Of a DNA stretch of 10,539 nucleotides, positions 8,541 through 10,539 are shown piece by piece. Position 1 is the stretch's first letter. Each line of letters opens with the position of its first letter. The stretch is from contig JARRQT010000113.1 of assembly GCA_037381445.1 (NCBI GenBank), forward strand, positions 1 through 10,539, read 5' to 3'. The notes under the pieces were generated by a model. It made no database searches. It was not told the origin of the DNA and saw only the letters and a program-made list of their open reading frames with translations. Made by a program: the position numbers and the translations under genes. This DNA comes from Calditrichia bacterium. GTDB lineage: Bacteria > Calditrichota > Calditrichia > RBG-13-44-9.

Positions 8541-9518
8541 CTAGTTTTCTTGCAGCATATGATGTGTTTCAAAAAGTTCTGCCTTCTCAACCGGTTGAAT
8601 ACCTGCGCGGTGAAATTGCATAGTTCCTGCAATGATTGCCATTTTTGCCGCCGATACAAGATCTCTTCCCTCTGCCAGACAGGCTGCTATAATCGCAGTC
8701 ACCTGATCCCCGCAACCTGTCTCATCCCGGATTTTGCTTTCTTTTGCTTCCAATACCGGCAAATGCATGCTTATTTCGTTATTAAACAAATAAGCCCCCC
8801 TCGCCCCGTGAGTAATGAGAACATTTTGGACGCCTTTTCCCAACAAGACTTCAGCAGCCAACTTTGCCGATGTAAAATCCGTAACGGATAAACCGGTTAT
8901 CATTTTAACCTCATGTTCATTTGGTTTTATGAGGAATATTTTCTCGTCCAGAATATCATCAACTGCCTCACTAATTCCTCCGGGATCAAGAATAATACGA
9001 ATTCCTTTTTGCGAGGCTTTTTCAAGAGCATAACGGACGGCGTCCACAGGTATTTCCAGGGCAAGCATCATAATTTTTTGTCTGTCCGGATTCTCAAATA
9101 AAATGTCGGCCTGGTCCAAATCCTGCCTGCAGAAATCAGCATTTACCCCAGGAAGCACATAAATCTGATTTTTTCCTGATTTATCAACAGGAATAATGGC
9201 AATACCCGGAAATTTTTGACCGGCTTCATCAAACTCTAATATTTTCACAAATGATATATCAACGCCGGCTTTTTGCAAAGACATGAGAGGCGATTTCCAT
9301 AAACCAAAGGGATCTTTGCTGCTGCGACCCATCATGGCAACTTTTCCTTTTCCCAGATAAGACGCTGCCATTTGCGCCATGTTTCGGGCTTTTCCCCCCG
9401 GACCAATTTTCAGTTCTCCGCCTAATGTCAATTCACCCGCTCCCAACAATCTGTCAACACCAAGACCAATAATATCCGTATTCAGCCCACCGGGCACTAT
9501 CACTAAATGATTTGCCAT
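8541..9518 (-). CDS. PfkB family carbohydrate kinase (ribokinase-like)
   Basis: 325 aa; GGLNTDI, GPGGKARNMA, KPNEHE, VLITHGARG and DETGCGD (PfkB signature 2); GGGGAG Shine-Dalgarno. Confidence 0.9.
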   Translation of the reverse strand: MANHLVIVPGGLNTDIIGLGVDRLLGAGELTLGGELKIGPGGKARNMAQMAASYLGKGKVAMMGRSSKDPFGLWKSPLMSLQKAGVDISFVKILEFDEAGQKFPGIAIIPVDKSGKNQIYVLPGVNADFCRQDLDQADILFENPDRQKIMMLALEIPVDAVRYALEKASQKGIRIILDPGGISEAVDDILDEKIFLIKPNEHEVKMITGLSVTDFTSAKLAAEVLLGKGVQNVLITHGARGAYLFNNEISMHLPVLEAKESKIRDETGCGDQVTAIIAACLAEGRDLVSAAKMAIIAGTMQFHRAGIQPVEKAELFETHHMLQEN

Positions 9519-9580
9519 TCAATATCTCCCCGAATTTTCTCTTTCTGGCTCATGATTATTCCATCAAGCAAAACGATTTA

Positions 9581-9609
9581 AATATAAATGTTCATGATAA
9601 CATTTTCAA
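9581..9609 (-). promoter_or_regulatory. Sigma70-type promoter for the PfkB kinase, with a palindromic operator in the spacer
   Basis: Minus strand TTGAAA-N17-TATATT (-35 at 9609-9604, -10 at 9586-9581); overlapped by AAATGTT-N6-AACATTT (9586-9605). Confidence 0.6.
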
Positions 9610-9758
9610 TCACCATTAAAATCGTACAAAGAATGATAATTCTGTAAGCATAATATTAAATTTGAATTCATGGATGGTTACTTTGATCATAGTACCAATA
9701 CGGCAGCCAATCCGCTTGCTAGATTTCAAGGAGCAATCTTATGAGCTTATTAATTTCG

Positions 9759-9787
9759 TTGTTTTTCAGGCTCCATTTTTCTATATT
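9759..9787 (+). promoter_or_regulatory. Candidate sigma70 promoter for the sugar-binding protein gene
   Basis: TTGTTT-N17-TATATT about 175 nt upstream of ATG 9962; the region is AT-rich, so a chance match is possible. Confidence 0.3.
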
Positions 9788-9961
9788 TTTACTGAGTTGA
9801 ATGTTAATTAAATATTGCTTCCGTTTTAACCTGATTTTAGACGATGCCGATTTTTGTTTTAGTGCTCAGTTTTGAGATTCGAATCATTCCCATTTCTCTT
9901 TGCAAAAAAACTGCTTTAGTTATCCAGTTTTAATGATCATATAAAAAGAAGCGAGGAATTT

Positions 9962-10539
9962 ATGGTACGGAAATTTATTGTCTTTGGAATTATGTTATCG
10001 CTATCATCCCTTATAATACTGGGATGTCAGAGTAAAAGCAGCAGCAAAAAATACGTTATCGGATTCAGCCAGTGCAACAGCGCGGAGCCCTGGCGCGAAG
10101 CCATGAACAAAAAAATGGCTGCGGAAGCCGCCAATCATCCGGAGATTGAACTGGTGATCTCCGATGCCCAGCAGGACAATTCCCGGCAGGTGGCCGATGT
10201 GGAAAATTTTATCGTGAAGGAGGTTGACCTCCTTATTATTTCCCCCAATGAAGCGCAGCCATTGACTGCCATCGTCGAAACGGCATATGATAAAGGCATT
10301 CCGGTGATCGTCCTGGATCGAAAAATACTGTCTGCCAAATACACCACTTTTATCGGGGCCGACAATGTGCAGATCGGTGAAGCGGCCGGACAATATGCCG
10401 CCAGGCTCCTCAATGGAAAGGGCAAAGTGGTGGAGATATGGGGGCTGAAGGGATCTACCCCGGCGATAGAACGGCACAACGGTTTTATGAAAGGCATCGC
10501 TGGATTTCCCGGCATCGAGATCATCTACGATCAGGATGG
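9962..10539 (+). CDS. Sugar-binding periplasmic protein (PBP type 1, RbsB-like), likely lipoprotein; 3' end outside window
   Basis: Not in the ORF track because it has no stop. Manual translation gives MVRKFIVFGIMLSLSSLIILGCQSKSSSKKYVIGFSQCNSAEPWREAMN...VDLLIISPNEAQPL...GIPVIVLDR...FIGADNVQIG...VVEIWGLKGSTPAIERHNGF. It has a GAGG Shine-Dalgarno and a signal peptide with an ILGC lipobox. Confidence 0.92.
   Translation, partial: MVRKFIVFGIMLSLSSLIILGCQSKSSSKKYVIGFSQCNSAEPWREAMNKKMAAEAANHPEIELVISDAQQDNSRQVADVENFIVKEVDLLIISPNEAQPLTAIVETAYDKGIPVIVLDRKILSAKYTTFIGADNVQIGEAAGQYAARLLNGKGKVVEIWGLKGSTPAIERHNGFMKGIAGFPGIEIIYDQD

Noticed and set aside
9800..9816. Third copy of the operator (AATGTTAATTAAATATT) upstream of the binding-protein gene
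   Set aside because: Only one half-site matches and the spacing differs; expected by chance in AT-rich DNA.
10004..10524. Minus-strand ORFs of 157 and 129 aa
   Set aside because: Antisense to the real plus-strand sugar-binding protein gene.

Overview
Bacterial carbohydrate-catabolism locus fused with a cobalamin (B12)-dependent methyltransferase module. The minus strand, in transcription order, carries a PfkB/ribokinase-like kinase (9518-8541), an FGGY xylulokinase, a stand-alone corrinoid protein (DxHxxG), a stand-alone methionine-synthase-type activation-domain protein, a D-lyxose/D-mannose cupin isomerase, three divergent UroD/MtaA-superfamily (HxC motif) proteins, and a GH31 alpha-xylosidase-like gene. 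The GH31 gene has a 1-nt frameshift near 350 and runs off the left edge. On the plus strand, a divergent gene missed by the ORF track starts at 9962 and encodes a lipoprotein-type sugar-binding periplasmic domain truncated by the right edge. A shared ATGTT-N6-AACAT palindrome lies upstream of both kinase genes. The best hypothesis (inference) is a pathway that releases O-methylated sugars, demethylates them via a corrinoid, then isomerises and phosphorylates the product. No RNA genes, CRISPR arrays or mobile elements were recognised.
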